A DNA stretch of 64,000 nucleotides. Source: an uncultured virus (IMG/VR IMGVR_UViG_3300037245_004243) (lineage: Duplodnaviria; Heunggongvirae; Uroviricota; Caudoviricetes). Within the stretch, counting starts at the first letter, position 1, and the number at the start of each line of letters is the position of its first letter. A program made the position numbers and the translations under genes. The notes beneath the pieces were generated by a model. The model made no database searches. It worked only from the letters and a program-made list of their open reading frames with translations, and had not been told where the DNA came from. Positions 39,756 to 50,272 of the stretch are shown here, piece after piece. Location: the IMG/VR virus record IMGVR_UViG_3300037245_004243, positions 1-64,000 of that record, one strand, 5' to 3'.

Positions 39756-39768
39756 AGTTCTATTTACC

Positions 39769-42700
39769 TTATTTCCACCAGTGCACCGTGCCGGACACCA
39801 CGGTAAAATTTGTGAATCTTACGGTTGCTGTTGGTTGTGAATCAACATTTGCTACATGTAATGAAATTCGGCCATGTTTGTCATCAAAATCAGTGAATGT
39901 ATATGCGCCCTGTGTTACCCAACCGCTGCCGATATCATAATATTCTGTGATTATATTATTAACCTTTTTAATTCTATACTTTATCCCGGTCAATGTTGAA
40001 TCAGCATCGGTGTCCGTCGTTTTCCATGCTGTATCTTCAATAGCTAAAGATTGAAATTCATGTGCGCCGCCGCCATACCTGCGCCTGGCAATAACACCCG
40101 TGTCCCATAACGGATCATCGGGTTGTCCGATTTGATCTTGAAAAGTCAAAGACACGCACGCCATCCAAGAATTTGTGGCTGGACCTGCCGGAATATCTAA
40201 TTCAATTATTACTTCAAAATCTTCCGTGCTATCCAATTCGAAATTACTTAAAACGCCCTGGCGCTCGAGAGAAACATCACCCGAATCAACCGTGCATTGC
40301 AAATATCCACCGGTCTGTGTAACGTTTGCGGCCTGGCCGATTACTGTCCACCGGTCGGTATTTATTTCCGCGCCGGAAAAATCATCATCAGGTATAATAA
40401 CATCGTATGTCATTAAAGTATCGAACAAGGTATAATAAGTTGCTTTTAACCACGCCGCCGAACGATCGATATCAGAAAGCCTTATTTCCCCAAGTAGACC
40501 CACCATCCTTAAATCAGGAGTTGACCTTCCAGCAGCCGTAAGGGGCACATCAGTATTATCTATGTCGCCTGTATGAGCCGTCGGGCCACTTGCCAAATTC
40601 AATGCGCCGTCAACATATGTCCTAAGATCGATTTTATTGTATACACCAGCAACGTATTGCCAATCTGTGCCAATAATCGAATCGTTACTATGGCAGTTGT
40701 ATAAAGTGGTCGAAGTAAATACGCCAAATGTTATTCTGTCGTTAACACCATTTAAAAATAGATAGTAATTCCTGTTGCCGGGGTCTATATCCCGCGCCAT
40801 GTACATTGTACTGTTGGGAGCACCGGCATCACGTTTTCCAAGTGCCTCCAGGGTAAGTTTGCCAGTAATATCAAGGGAAACGTTATCACCGTAATTCATC
40901 CATTGGGTATTAAAATCCAGTGCCTTTGCACTTTTCACACCATCGACTAAGTCATTAGAAGCCATGCCGTCTTGTGGAGTTCCATCATTACCGAAAGATG
41001 TCGAATCAAGCATACAACCCGCGCCGCCTGAAGGGTCTTGCGCCATATGATGGACTGCTTTAAAATTGCTATCCCATACCGCTTGCGCCGGGGTGTCGCC
41101 GATATCACCGACATAAATATTATCGACAATACTTGCATCATAACGGAAATTAAGTATTGTATCTGATGCCGCCAGAATCGATGGTATTTTTACCCATAAC
41201 GATATTTGTTCATTAATCGAGTCAAAATTTTCAATTTCTATCTTGCATTGGGTACCATCGGCAGTCGTGACCGCTAACTTTTTTCTGTTTGGATGACCGT
41301 TTGGCCATTCAATAGAATCAGCAGTAACAAGCAAATCATCAACAAACCCATAATATGTCCCGGTCGTTTCCTGTTCAAAAAGTAGCTCAATAACAGCGTC
41401 TTCGGTATTGGAATCTTCTACTTCCAAACCGGCTGTCGAACCATTCCATTTCCAATCATCTGTATCCCAATAATAAACCTTGACACTTCCAGAAATCCGT
41501 GTTATTTTAAATTGCCCTATTGAATCATCCATATTGTCCCAAACGAAACCCGATTCAAGCCCATAAGCATAATAACCATTATTACCCGACTTACGGGATC
41601 GCGAAATAAACCCTATTGGTGCATCAGCCAGATTGCGGATTGCAAGCCGGGGCATGTAATGTTGTGCAGAAGTTGGGTCTGAGGACGCAATATTAAAATT
41701 CATTTGGACTTCAAAATCCCCGGAAAGAACAAATTTTGAATCGATAATTGTTTGACGATATCCTGAATTTTGATCAAAATTAAAATATAACGTATTATTT
41801 TGAATTTCTAACTCGCCAGACACGCCACTTATAAAAGTCCAAATTTCACCGTCTTCAACTAAATCACCATCAGCGCCGGTAAAATCGTCACCGGTCCATG
41901 CCAACGCATCAAATACTTCAGTTGTATTCCCGCTTGTAATACCTGAAGCCGTTGAAAGGTTGATCATAACCGGAAAGTCGGTAAGGTCTTCATCAATCTG
42001 TGAACTATCAATCGTAAGTTCAATTTGATTGGCAAAACCCTGGGTATAAGCCGCCGTATTAAAAGTCATCAGGGTATCAAAGCAAGTATGATAAGTTGCC
42101 TTTGCCCAAGCGGCAGACCGCTGTGCTTTTGAATACCGACATTCGAAAACCTTGCCGGTCATAAAATATTCTGATGAATGAAAGACTTGACCATGACCTA
42201 TCTTCAAATCATCTTCAGAATCATCAATACCATTTAAACAGGGTGTTGCAGCGTCAACTCTTGACCAGTCGGTCGGATTTGTATCATTCCAAAAGATATC
42301 AACATCGCTACCATCGCCAGGATAATAAAACCCGAAATAATTTTTTGCATCCACCGCATAATCAGGAACATCTTTTTTATAGTAAGTATAAATACTTAAT
42401 GATTGTTTAAATCCGAAAAGTGGTTCACCACTTCCGTTAACCTGGAATCCCCATCCATTTATATTAGCATCCATCTTATTAAAAATATTTTGATTACTTG
42501 ATGGGGTACCAGTCAATTTAAATACTGTTTCAACTGAAAAATCAGTAAGTAAACTCAAAGCGGCATTATCGACTATATATGCCTTTTCATTTGACCCACC
42601 AAAATTATATGCTATTCCATCTTCATCAATGACCAAGTCGCTGGACTCCATATTAACCACAGTCATATCATGATCATAGGAAGTCGAATCTTTTAATGTT

Positions 42701-45700
42701 CCTAAACTTGGGTCTTGGGCCATGTGGTAAACTGCAACAAAGTCGTCATCCCATACCGCTTGCGCAGAGGCCTCGCCGGTATCACCAACATTAGGATTGT
42801 CGGCATGATCGGAGTCAAAATATAGAAATAATTTAGTGTCGGTCCCCGCCAGAATTTCAGGCACCTTTACCCACAATTCAGCTTTTTCATTTGCATTATC
42901 CCAATGGATGATTTCCACCGGGCATTCACTTAAACCATCAGCACGGGTAACCGCTATCTTTTTACGGTTTGGATGTGTGCCTGGTGCCCATATAAGCGTG
43001 CCGGAATTTACAACAAAATTGTCGATAGTGCCCTGAACGTCTTCACCGCTTTCTTGTTCCCAATAAAACCTAAAATAAACGTCTTCCGTTGAACCCGGTC
43101 CATTATTTGCGACAATTATTCCCGCCGTATTCCCGTCCCATTCCCATTGACCGCCAGCAGTATCAGTCCAATAAAATGATCGTATCACACCGCTAATCCG
43201 AGTTAAACGTAATTTTCCGAAAGCATCAGCAGGGCCTTTATAAGCGCCCCCTTCATTTAAACCATATGCACGGTACTGATTAAGCGACGCACTTCGCACC
43301 CTTGCAATTTGGGCAATATTAACGTCATCGGAAACACGCATAGCTTGAAAAGATGGACAATAATGCGTGCCAGGTGGTTGTGTAAACTGATCGGCGGTAA
43401 AGTCCACGGATACATCGAAATCGCCCGTTGCCTGAAATTTGCCTATAATACGCGCTATTATTTGTGGACTTGCAATAGCCGACGCATCAAATTCGAATTT
43501 ATTATTCTGAATAGAAGTGACAGAATCGTCGTCTTCCACATCCCACAAATCAGTATCCGGTGACGCGCCGTCTTCACCGGTAAAATCGTCACCGGTATAT
43601 GCCAACGCATCAAATACTTCCGTTATATCGCCGTTTCCAATAGCTGAATCAGAAAGATTTATCATAACCGGAAAGTCGGTCAAGTCTTCATCAATATTTG
43701 ACTTATCGATTACAAGTTCAATCCTATTTGCGTAATCGAGAGCGCTGAGCGCATATGTTATCAGCGTATCAAAAAATGTATGATAAGTTGCTTTTAACCA
43801 CGCCGCCGAACGAATCATTTTTGATATTCTTATTTCACCGATTAGACCGTCAAATTCCCTATCACCACCATCCCTAATGCCTATTTTTGTGGTCGCTGGA
43901 GCATCAGAATCCCAAGTGCCAGAAGGTGCGGTCGATTCAACTTGATTACTGCCATCACCATTAAGATAAACTATTGGGTCATTATTAATTGAACTTTTAT
44001 CATGGGTAAACGCGCCATGATACCAGGTGTTTCCATCGGTTATTAATGCATCAGAATTATACCATTGACCGACGCCGCCGCTTGAATCCCTAACAACAAC
44101 AAGGCCGCTTGAATGTACAAGAAATGACCAACCATTGTTTGGTGAAACTGTTTTGTCTACAATTCGCCCGGAATTGTTTTGACCAAGATTATCAGCTTTA
44201 AATACCGATTCAACAGTCATTAAAGCTATATCATCAAGAATGGCGCCACTTCCAGCACTGAAGTATTCATCTGATCCGCTTAAATTCACCGCTTTTATAC
44301 TTTTTAGGCCATCAACTAAGTCTGGAGTGCCTGTGGCATCTGCATCCTGATTGTTGCCAGTACTTTCAGGAATTAAAATTGCATCTGTCATATGGTAAAC
44401 AGTAACAAAGTCAGAATCCCATACCGCTTGCGCCGGGGTGTCGCCGATATCACCAATATAATCTGTATTGTCCGCTTTGGTCGAATCATACAATAAATTT
44501 AAAACTGTATCGGATGCCGCCAATACAGATGGAATTTTTGCATGTAAAGAAGCCGTTTTGGTTGCCGCATTCCAATTGGCTATTTCAACATTATATTCGG
44601 TGTTCCTGCTCGAATTTTGAACCGAAATCTTTTTGCGGTTTGGGTCGGTTGCTGCTGGCCAAATTACATTACCCACCACAACCGCAAAATTGCTTAATTC
44701 AAAAGTCACGTTCACGGCATTCTGCTTACTAATCATGAAATTGACGTGACCATCTTCATTATCGAAATCGGTAAATGAATAGGTTTGTGATAACACCCAA
44801 CCGGACCCGGCATCATAATAGCAACTTATATCATTTCCTATTTTTACCTGTCTAAGTTTACCGGACATGGTCGTATTGACATCGGTATCGGTCGTTTTAA
44901 ATGAACCATCTTCAGCCGCTAATGATTGCCAAACATGACCACCATTACCTGAATTATAACTCCTTCGACTAAAAACTAATGTATCCCAAGCGCCGCCATA
45001 AGGGTCACCGGTTTGTTCTTTAAAATTTACCAACATATCAGCATAAAATGCATTTGTAGAAGGGGCAGTCATGGTAAAATCAACCGTTATTTCATAATCT
45101 TGACTTTGATCAAGTCGAAATTTACTATAACAACCATGTATTTCATTATCTGCACCGCCCGATAGCGCCCTGACCGTTAAGACATTATCTGATACAAACA
45201 CATTGCTGGCAATCCCAAATTTTGTCCAATTATCTAAATTAGAAAAATCATCGCCGGTCCATGCCAGGTCATCAAATAGCGCCGTTAAATCAGCATCATT
45301 AATTCCTGAAGCCGCTGAAAGGTTGATCATAACCGGGAAGTCGGTCAAGTCTTCATCAATCTGTGAACTATCAATCGTTAAAATAATTGGGTTATTAACA
45401 CTTTCAAAAACACTAATGCCCTTGTCAATAGCACTGGTTGCAGCGGTTACTATCGATGGTGAAGACACAAATTCAATTTCTTCTTGGGTACCAATATCAC
45501 TGATCGTGCCGGATACTATCGATGCGCTCGAGCCAAATTCCCTTTGTGCATTAGCATCAGATGAAATATCGGTCCCGATGGAAGGCGAAGATACAAAATA
45601 GGAAGATATTTCAATTATCGCCGTTATATCCGAAACGATATCAGCCTGGGCCGCAAAAGCCCAACCATAGTCAATTGTGCTACTTAAATATCCGGTCTGT

Positions 45701-46416
45701 ATATCAGCCTGGGATGCAAAAATGCGCTCAGCGAGCCCAACGCTAATGATCGAAGTTTGAATGGCCGGGGAAGATGTGGTCCCAACATAATATTCTATAT
45801 TTGGATCGGTAATATCCGAAACGATATCGGCACCGGATGCAAAACGTCCACCGAATATCACATCGCCGGTAATCGAGAATGTAATTGAAGGAGCAGAGAT
45901 AAAATGATATTGGCGCTCAAAATCCGAGCTTATATCCGAGCTAATCGAAGCCGCTGAAACGAAAAGATTTATTTTATAGATATCACCATCGATATCGGAG
46001 GAGATATCGGCCTGTGCCGCCAGCTCGCGCCGCGCATCAGCATCAGAAACAATCGCCGCGCGAATCACAGGTGAAGACACAAATAATTTTTCAGCTCGAA
46101 CGGTAATTTCAGCAATTGTTGAAACTATTGAAGCCGCTGAAACGAAAAGATTTGATTTATAAATATCGGTGTCGGCGCCGGACCCAATAATAGCACTCGA
46201 AGCAAAGTGTCGTTCAGCATTACCCTTGCCAACAATTCCCGTCACGATATTAGGCCGGGAATGAAAGTCTGGAGTTCCCAAACGACTGCTCGAGTTGTCC
46301 CAGGTTATCCTGGCCAAAACCAGAAAGGTACCGGGGCCACACCAGGAAGTTAAATCCTCGGTGATTTCAGTCTCTATGGCATCCCGTTTATAGCTGTTTT
46401 CAGGTATTATTCGCAT
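39769..46416 (-). CDS. 2215-aa modular virion fibre/adhesin with three DUF2341 + LamG-like modules
   Basis: Three IDEDLTDFPVMINLS...AQAVWD...RSAAW.KATY modules and N-terminal ~20-aa repeats. Confidence 0.8.
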   Translation of the reverse strand: MRIIPENSYKRDAIETEITEDLTSWCGPGTFLVLARITWDNSSSRLGTPDFHSRPNIVTGIVGKGNAERHFASSAIIGSGADTDIYKSNLFVSAASIVSTIAEITVRAEKLFVSSPVIRAAIVSDADARRELAAQADISSDIDGDIYKINLFVSAASISSDISSDFERQYHFISAPSITFSITGDVIFGGRFASGADIVSDITDPNIEYYVGTTSSPAIQTSIISVGLAERIFASQADIQTGYLSSTIDYGWAFAAQADIVSDITAIIEISSYFVSSPSIGTDISSDANAQREFGSSASIVSGTISDIGTQEEIEFVSSPSIVTAATSAIDKGISVFESVNNPIILTIDSSQIDEDLTDFPVMINLSAASGINDADLTALFDDLAWTGDDFSNLDNWTKFGIASNVFVSDNVLTVRALSGGADNEIHGCYSKFRLDQSQDYEITVDFTMTAPSTNAFYADMLVNFKEQTGDPYGGAWDTLVFSRRSYNSGNGGHVWQSLAAEDGSFKTTDTDVNTTMSGKLRQVKIGNDISCYYDAGSGWVLSQTYSFTDFDNEDGHVNFMISKQNAVNVTFELSNFAVVVGNVIWPAATDPNRKKISVQNSSRNTEYNVEIANWNAATKTASLHAKIPSVLAASDTVLNLLYDSTKADNTDYIGDIGDTPAQAVWDSDFVTVYHMTDAILIPESTGNNQDADATGTPDLVDGLKSIKAVNLSGSDEYFSAGSGAILDDIALMTVESVFKADNLGQNNSGRIVDKTVSPNNGWSFLVHSSGLVVVRDSSGGVGQWYNSDALITDGNTWYHGAFTHDKSSINNDPIVYLNGDGSNQVESTAPSGTWDSDAPATTKIGIRDGGDREFDGLIGEIRISKMIRSAAWLKATYHTFFDTLITYALSALDYANRIELVIDKSNIDEDLTDFPVMINLSDSAIGNGDITEVFDALAYTGDDFTGEDGASPDTDLWDVEDDDSVTSIQNNKFEFDASAIASPQIIARIIGKFQATGDFDVSVDFTADQFTQPPGTHYCPSFQAMRVSDDVNIAQIARVRSASLNQYRAYGLNEGGAYKGPADAFGKLRLTRISGVIRSFYWTDTAGGQWEWDGNTAGIIVANNGPGSTEDVYFRFYWEQESGEDVQGTIDNFVVNSGTLIWAPGTHPNRKKIAVTRADGLSECPVEIIHWDNANEKAELWVKVPEILAGTDTKLFLYFDSDHADNPNVGDTGEASAQAVWDDDFVAVYHMAQDPSLGTLKDSTSYDHDMTVVNMESSDLVIDEDGIAYNFGGSNEKAYIVDNAALSLLTDFSVETVFKLTGTPSSNQNIFNKMDANINGWGFQVNGSGEPLFGFKQSLSIYTYYKKDVPDYAVDAKNYFGFYYPGDGSDVDIFWNDTNPTDWSRVDAATPCLNGIDDSEDDLKIGHGQVFHSSEYFMTGKVFECRYSKAQRSAAWAKATYHTCFDTLMTFNTAAYTQGFANQIELTIDSSQIDEDLTDFPVMINLSTASGITSGNTTEVFDALAWTGDDFTGADGDLVEDGEIWTFISGVSGELEIQNNTLYFNFDQNSGYRQTIIDSKFVLSGDFEVQMNFNIASSDPTSAQHYMPRLAIRNLADAPIGFISRSRKSGNNGYYAYGLESGFVWDNMDDSIGQFKITRISGSVKVYYWDTDDWKWNGSTAGLEVEDSNTEDAVIELLFEQETTGTYYGFVDDLLVTADSIEWPNGHPNRKKLAVTTADGTQCKIEIENFDSINEQISLWVKIPSILAASDTILNFRYDASIVDNIYVGDIGDTPAQAVWDSNFKAVHHMAQDPSGGAGCMLDSTSFGNDGTPQDGMASNDLVDGVKSAKALDFNTQWMNYGDNVSLDITGKLTLEALGKRDAGAPNSTMYMARDIDPGNRNYYLFLNGVNDRITFGVFTSTTLYNCHSNDSIIGTDWQYVAGVYNKIDLRTYVDGALNLASGPTAHTGDIDNTDVPLTAAGRSTPDLRMVGLLGEIRLSDIDRSAAWLKATYYTLFDTLMTYDVIIPDDDFSGAEINTDRWTVIGQAANVTQTGGYLQCTVDSGDVSLERQGVLSNFELDSTEDFEVIIELDIPAGPATNSWMACVSLTFQDQIGQPDDPLWDTGVIARRRYGGGAHEFQSLAIEDTAWKTTDTDADSTLTGIKYRIKKVNNIITEYYDIGSGWVTQGAYTFTDFDDKHGRISLHVANVDSQPTATVRFTNFTVVSGTVHWWK

Positions 46417-46421
46417 ACTGT

Positions 46422-46610
46422 CTAACCCTGGTTAATGTCACCAATAATTGTTGTTTGGACCCTGGCAAGAATCCTGAAATCACCCCATTCACATAGCGAA
46501 ATGCAATCAGGGAGTTCAGTTATTTCGGTATCGATGGAATTCCATAGATAATCATCTTCATTTTCGGGCTCGGGGACGATTTCTGTCCATGGGAAAATTT
46601 TTGTTGCCAT
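46422..46610 (-). CDS. Small protein paralogous to the N-terminus of the fibre
   Basis: I(D/E)TEITE....C..G.F..LAR is shared with the fibre N-terminus. Confidence 0.6.
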   Translation of the reverse strand: MATKIFPWTEIVPEPENEDDYLWNSIDTEITELPDCISLCEWGDFRILARVQTTIIGDINQG

Positions 46611-46612
46611 TA

Positions 46613-46759
46613 TTACCTTTGGATATCGGTTTTGATACCGGTCTGAATATCGGCCTGAACTGAAAATTTTCTAAGCCCGGTCGAAAATGTAATGCCTTTA
46701 CCACCGCCAGAATCAACGGGACGCGATTTAAACGAATTTAAAATTTTTATAGATGCCAT
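46613..46759 (-). CDS. 48-aa ORF carrying one fibre-type repeat
   Basis: Hand translation ends RKFSVQADIQTGIKTDIQR; TAATG overlap with the gp15 stop. Confidence 0.55.
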   Translation of the reverse strand: MASIKILNSFKSRPVDSGGGKGITFSTGLRKFSVQADIQTGIKTDIQR

Positions 46760-47529
46760 TAATTCTCCGTATTGGTCGTTATAACAACATTTACTGACAT
46801 CGCACCATCCGCCTCTCTTTCAAGAGCAGTTATTTCGTTGAAAGTATGATTAATATTTGCAATATCCAGGCACCGGTTGCTGTCATCAGTAAAACGAATA
46901 TTGATAATTTTGATAATGCTCTCGTCTTTGATCGGCGGATAAAGATAACCTTTTATCGTGAAATCAATATCGGCCATAACTGTGCGATCTTCTTCAGGGC
47001 CGAATTCATTTGTAATATCCAGGTTCATCTGGTTCAAAACTATGGATATGTTTCGACGGATTCCTAACTCAGGAATCTCCTCCACAATTAAGGTATAATC
47101 TGGTTTGAAAAAGGTACCGACCTGCTCGATGATTTGCATCATATCATCTGTGTATTCGGTCCAGATAGAAAACTGCACCGAGAAATTATACGGCACCGGG
47201 GTATACATGAAAATTTCCCGGTCACCATCCATTTCAATCGGTATCTCATTTAGCTGTGGCTCTTTCCGGCTCACGTCTGGAGCAAGCGCAGTAATCAGAA
47301 AACTCATCCGAGGCAGTGTCGTGCTGATATGACGGCTTGATGTTCCAGATTCATTTTGCAGCAAATAAAACATTTTCGATTTGCCGACATATGAACACGG
47401 GACGACAATATCCTTGATTATTTTATTGTCTTTATCCCGCCGCAATACATGAACATCTTCAAAAATATGATGGAATGCCACGACATATTTTTTGATCATT
47501 TCCCAATAAAAGTGTTTTTGTGATAACAT
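46759..47529 (-). CDS. 15: Tail sheath stabilizer / completion protein (gp15-like)
   Basis: HFY...IKKYVVAF...F, LPRMSF, D..RK, PVPYN, QI.EQ...F.P and F..KGYLYPP motifs. Confidence 0.9.
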   Translation of the reverse strand: MLSQKHFYWEMIKKYVVAFHHIFEDVHVLRRDKDNKIIKDIVVPCSYVGKSKMFYLLQNESGTSSRHISTTLPRMSFLITALAPDVSRKEPQLNEIPIEMDGDREIFMYTPVPYNFSVQFSIWTEYTDDMMQIIEQVGTFFKPDYTLIVEEIPELGIRRNISIVLNQMNLDITNEFGPEEDRTVMADIDFTIKGYLYPPIKDESIIKIINIRFTDDSNRCLDIANINHTFNEITALEREADGAMSVNVVITTNTEN

Positions 47530-47789
47530 TACATCTCCATTTTGCCGTCAATAAATCGCTTCGGCTTTATCATTCCCGTGATTTTTGGATCATTTAAGGT
47601 GACAATCCATTCGCCGTCTTTGCTGTACATAAAAACCGGTTTGCCTGGATTCTCCTTGCTGAGTTTGATGCTCTTATCCTCTGCGGCGCCCAATGATTTT
47701 TTCTGTCCAATATCACGTTTTTTTGATTTTTTGGTATGCCGCATTGATAGCGCCGAAGCCTCTATTAAAATATCCCTGTAAGTTTTCAT
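47529..47789 (-). CDS. Putative internal head protein
   Basis: N-terminal MKTYRDILIE-A resembles the T4 capsid-targeting sequence MKTYQEFIAE; basic body. Confidence 0.6.
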   Translation of the reverse strand: MKTYRDILIEASALSMRHTKKSKKRDIGQKKSLGAAEDKSIKLSKENPGKPVFMYSKDGEWIVTLNDPKITGMIKPKRFIDGKMEM

Positions 47790-49352
47790 TTAACTCCCCG
47801 ACGCGCCGCTTGATCGTTGAAGGCCGAGAGCGTCATCGTTCTCAGTTTGTCTATCAAGGGGTGTTGCCACTGTATTACTTTGATTTATTTGCATCATATC
47901 ACCCGCCGATTGCTGCTTTTTAAAATCGCGCAATGCCTCTTCATTAGCAATTCTCTGTTTGATACCTTCCTGGCCAACCGCCGAGACTCCTTTTCGCATT
48001 GCCGCGAGATTAACATTTCCTGATTTTATTCGCTCAGCTCGAGCATTTTCATCTGAAATTCTGCCGGCAGATTCTTTCCCCCAATCGAATACTTTACTGA
48101 AAAATCCACCGATTGCGTCCATAGAATTTTTGAATTTATCAATTTCTTGAGTTTTCAAATTCTCCATTTCTGCATCAGTCAAGTCCCAAGTTGCTAACTT
48201 TTTTACCATATCGATTGCGGATACTTCCGATATATCTCCCTTCGCAGCCGCCTCTGATTTTACTTGTTCTTCCTGTGCCAACCTGTCCCTAACCGATCTC
48301 AGCTTTTTTATGATTAAGCCCACGGGATCTTGAAAAAGCATAATGGTATTATCAATGAATTCATCTATTCCTGCGTAAAAATCCTGAACAGCTAAATTTA
48401 AATCAAACCCTAAAGTATTCGTTAAAAGGCCCTGTATACTGGCATTAAATTTTTCTAAAAGGGTGTTGGTTTTCCCGCGCAGACTCTCGATATCTTCCGG
48501 ACTCAGCATACCCATTGTTAAATTACTGAGGGTCTCGTCGATTTTTCCTGCGAGGCCATTTGTTGAGTCATTCCAGATTTCAGAGAAAGAATCCCACGCC
48601 TTACCAATTGCCACCTCAATTTTATCCATTGCACCAACGAGAAATTCCTTGGATATTAAACCGAATGTTAGAGTCGAGGCCATCTTACCAATGCCACTTT
48701 TAAATTTATCAATTACGGATGCGTCTTCACCGGCCTCTTTCCAGCCCTTCATAAAATGGAATCCAGCAAGCCCAACCAGTGCCGGGAAAAATATACCTTT
48801 CGCCAACCCTTTAACGCCGCCCAGGAGACCCTTTATTCCTTTGCCAGCCATCAAGCCGCCAAATAGACCTCCCATGCCTCCGCCAAAAAAGCTCCTCGAT
48901 GATTTCGAATCGGCCTTTGCCAAAGCAGCAGAATCATCCTCTTTATCAACGAGGTCTTCAAGAAGGGTATTCGTGCGCTTATTGATATTTAAGTCGGCCT
49001 CGCGCTCGGATTCCTTTAGAAATTCATTATGCTCATCTTTGGCAGCAAATCGATTGTTCATTTTTAATTCATCGACAACATCATCAATTGCTGATACTTG
49101 GTCATCAGAGTGATCTTGCATTTGACCAAATGCCGATTTAATCGAGTCACCGGTTGCTTTGATAGAATTTTTTAATTGTGTATTAACCATACTCGAGAAA
49201 TTGCCCATAATTTCCTGGACATTTTTATTTAGTGCCGCCGTCTCACTTGGGGAGAGGTGATCAGATAGACCTTTCTCGCCGCCGCCATCATCCATATGGG
49301 CAAGGTGCCGGTTAATATCTTTTAAAATTCTTGTTTCTGTTGAATCAGCCAT
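47790..49352 (-). CDS. Tape-measure / baseplate hub (gp29-like)
   Basis: Helical with Gly-rich hydrophobic segments; lies downstream of gp26/gp51. Confidence 0.55.
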   Translation of the reverse strand: MADSTETRILKDINRHLAHMDDGGGEKGLSDHLSPSETAALNKNVQEIMGNFSSMVNTQLKNSIKATGDSIKSAFGQMQDHSDDQVSAIDDVVDELKMNNRFAAKDEHNEFLKESEREADLNINKRTNTLLEDLVDKEDDSAALAKADSKSSRSFFGGGMGGLFGGLMAGKGIKGLLGGVKGLAKGIFFPALVGLAGFHFMKGWKEAGEDASVIDKFKSGIGKMASTLTFGLISKEFLVGAMDKIEVAIGKAWDSFSEIWNDSTNGLAGKIDETLSNLTMGMLSPEDIESLRGKTNTLLEKFNASIQGLLTNTLGFDLNLAVQDFYAGIDEFIDNTIMLFQDPVGLIIKKLRSVRDRLAQEEQVKSEAAAKGDISEVSAIDMVKKLATWDLTDAEMENLKTQEIDKFKNSMDAIGGFFSKVFDWGKESAGRISDENARAERIKSGNVNLAAMRKGVSAVGQEGIKQRIANEEALRDFKKQQSAGDMMQINQSNTVATPLDRQTENDDALGLQRSSGASGS

Positions 49353-49524
49353 TTTTATCCCGCTGTTGTTTTTCTTCTTCCATTGCTTGCAGTGTTAATG
49401 CCGTAAAAATTTCCATTTCATATGGTAATAACTTCATTAATTCGGCATGCTTATAATTGCCATACCGGGTCATATTAAAGACTTCTTTATAATAATTTAC
49501 TATAGTTTTATATTTCCCAATCAA
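49345..49524 (-). CDS. 51: gp51-like baseplate hub assembly protein (missing from the ORF track)
   Basis: Hand translation ...IVNYYKEVFNMTRYGNYKHAELMKLLPYEMEIFTALTLQAMEEEKQQRDKNG, in the -1 frame of gp26. Confidence 0.75.
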   Translation of the reverse strand: MIGKYKTIVNYYKEVFNMTRYGNYKHAELMKLLPYEMEIFTALTLQAMEEEKQQRDKNG

Positions 49525-50246
49525 TTTAAGTATTTTAAAAAGTCACGTATAATATACTGTTCCTTATTCCCGCATCCAATTTGCTGACCTTCATTGGCTT
49601 TCTTTTCGCATTCGATATCCAATTTCAATGTCATTTTGACCAAGGTAGCCGACACCGCAAATATCTTTTTAAGAATCGGGAAGGTCAAACTGATTTTTTT
49701 CTTGAGGGTCTCCGGAGTGAATTCGGTATAGATATCATCTTTCCAGAAAACTTTATTAATCGAATGTACCGCCGTCTCAAGCATCAAATCGGTTTCGGTT
49801 TTGATGTCCTCAACTTTATACAAAAACCCCATTTTTACCGGGACAATTTCGAACGATAAATTATCATCAATTTTGCAGATCGCTTTTACATTTTCTGCAT
49901 TATCGGTGACTATTTTATCCTCTATATTGACGGATAATTCTATCGGGTTTTCACACTTTTTACATTTGGTTGTGATATCGAGGATCTCACCTTTAGATTT
50001 GCTCCGCAGGTTAACCGCGATAAATATGAATTCCATTGCGGTAAGTTTATCAAAATCGACGCTGTCTCCGCAGACCCCAATCAATTTTATATAATTGTTG
50101 ACAATTGCTGAGACGTCGTTTGAATCAAGTGCCGTTAAAATACTACGCTCCTGATCGACGGTGTATGGCACAAATTTGAATTCAGTATTTTGAACAGGTA
50201 AAACGATTGTGTGAACAGGTAAAACATTAATCTCGGGTAAATCCAT
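49521..50246 (-). CDS. 26: Baseplate hub assembly protein (gp26-like)
   Basis: LP, F.PY.V..E..IL.A, LRSKSKGE and CxxC motifs; C-terminal C..C.....DF. Confidence 0.88.
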   Translation of the reverse strand: MDLPEINVLPVHTIVLPVQNTEFKFVPYTVDQERSILTALDSNDVSAIVNNYIKLIGVCGDSVDFDKLTAMEFIFIAVNLRSKSKGEILDITTKCKKCENPIELSVNIEDKIVTDNAENVKAICKIDDNLSFEIVPVKMGFLYKVEDIKTETDLMLETAVHSINKVFWKDDIYTEFTPETLKKKISLTFPILKKIFAVSATLVKMTLKLDIECEKKANEGQQIGCGNKEQYIIRDFLKYLN

Positions 50247-50272
50247 CTCATTCTCCTTTCAAATAATTAAAA

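Noticed and set aside
39769-46416. Diversity-generating retroelement target
   Set aside because: No reverse transcriptase in the window, and the repeats are in-frame module junctions rather than a template/variable pair.
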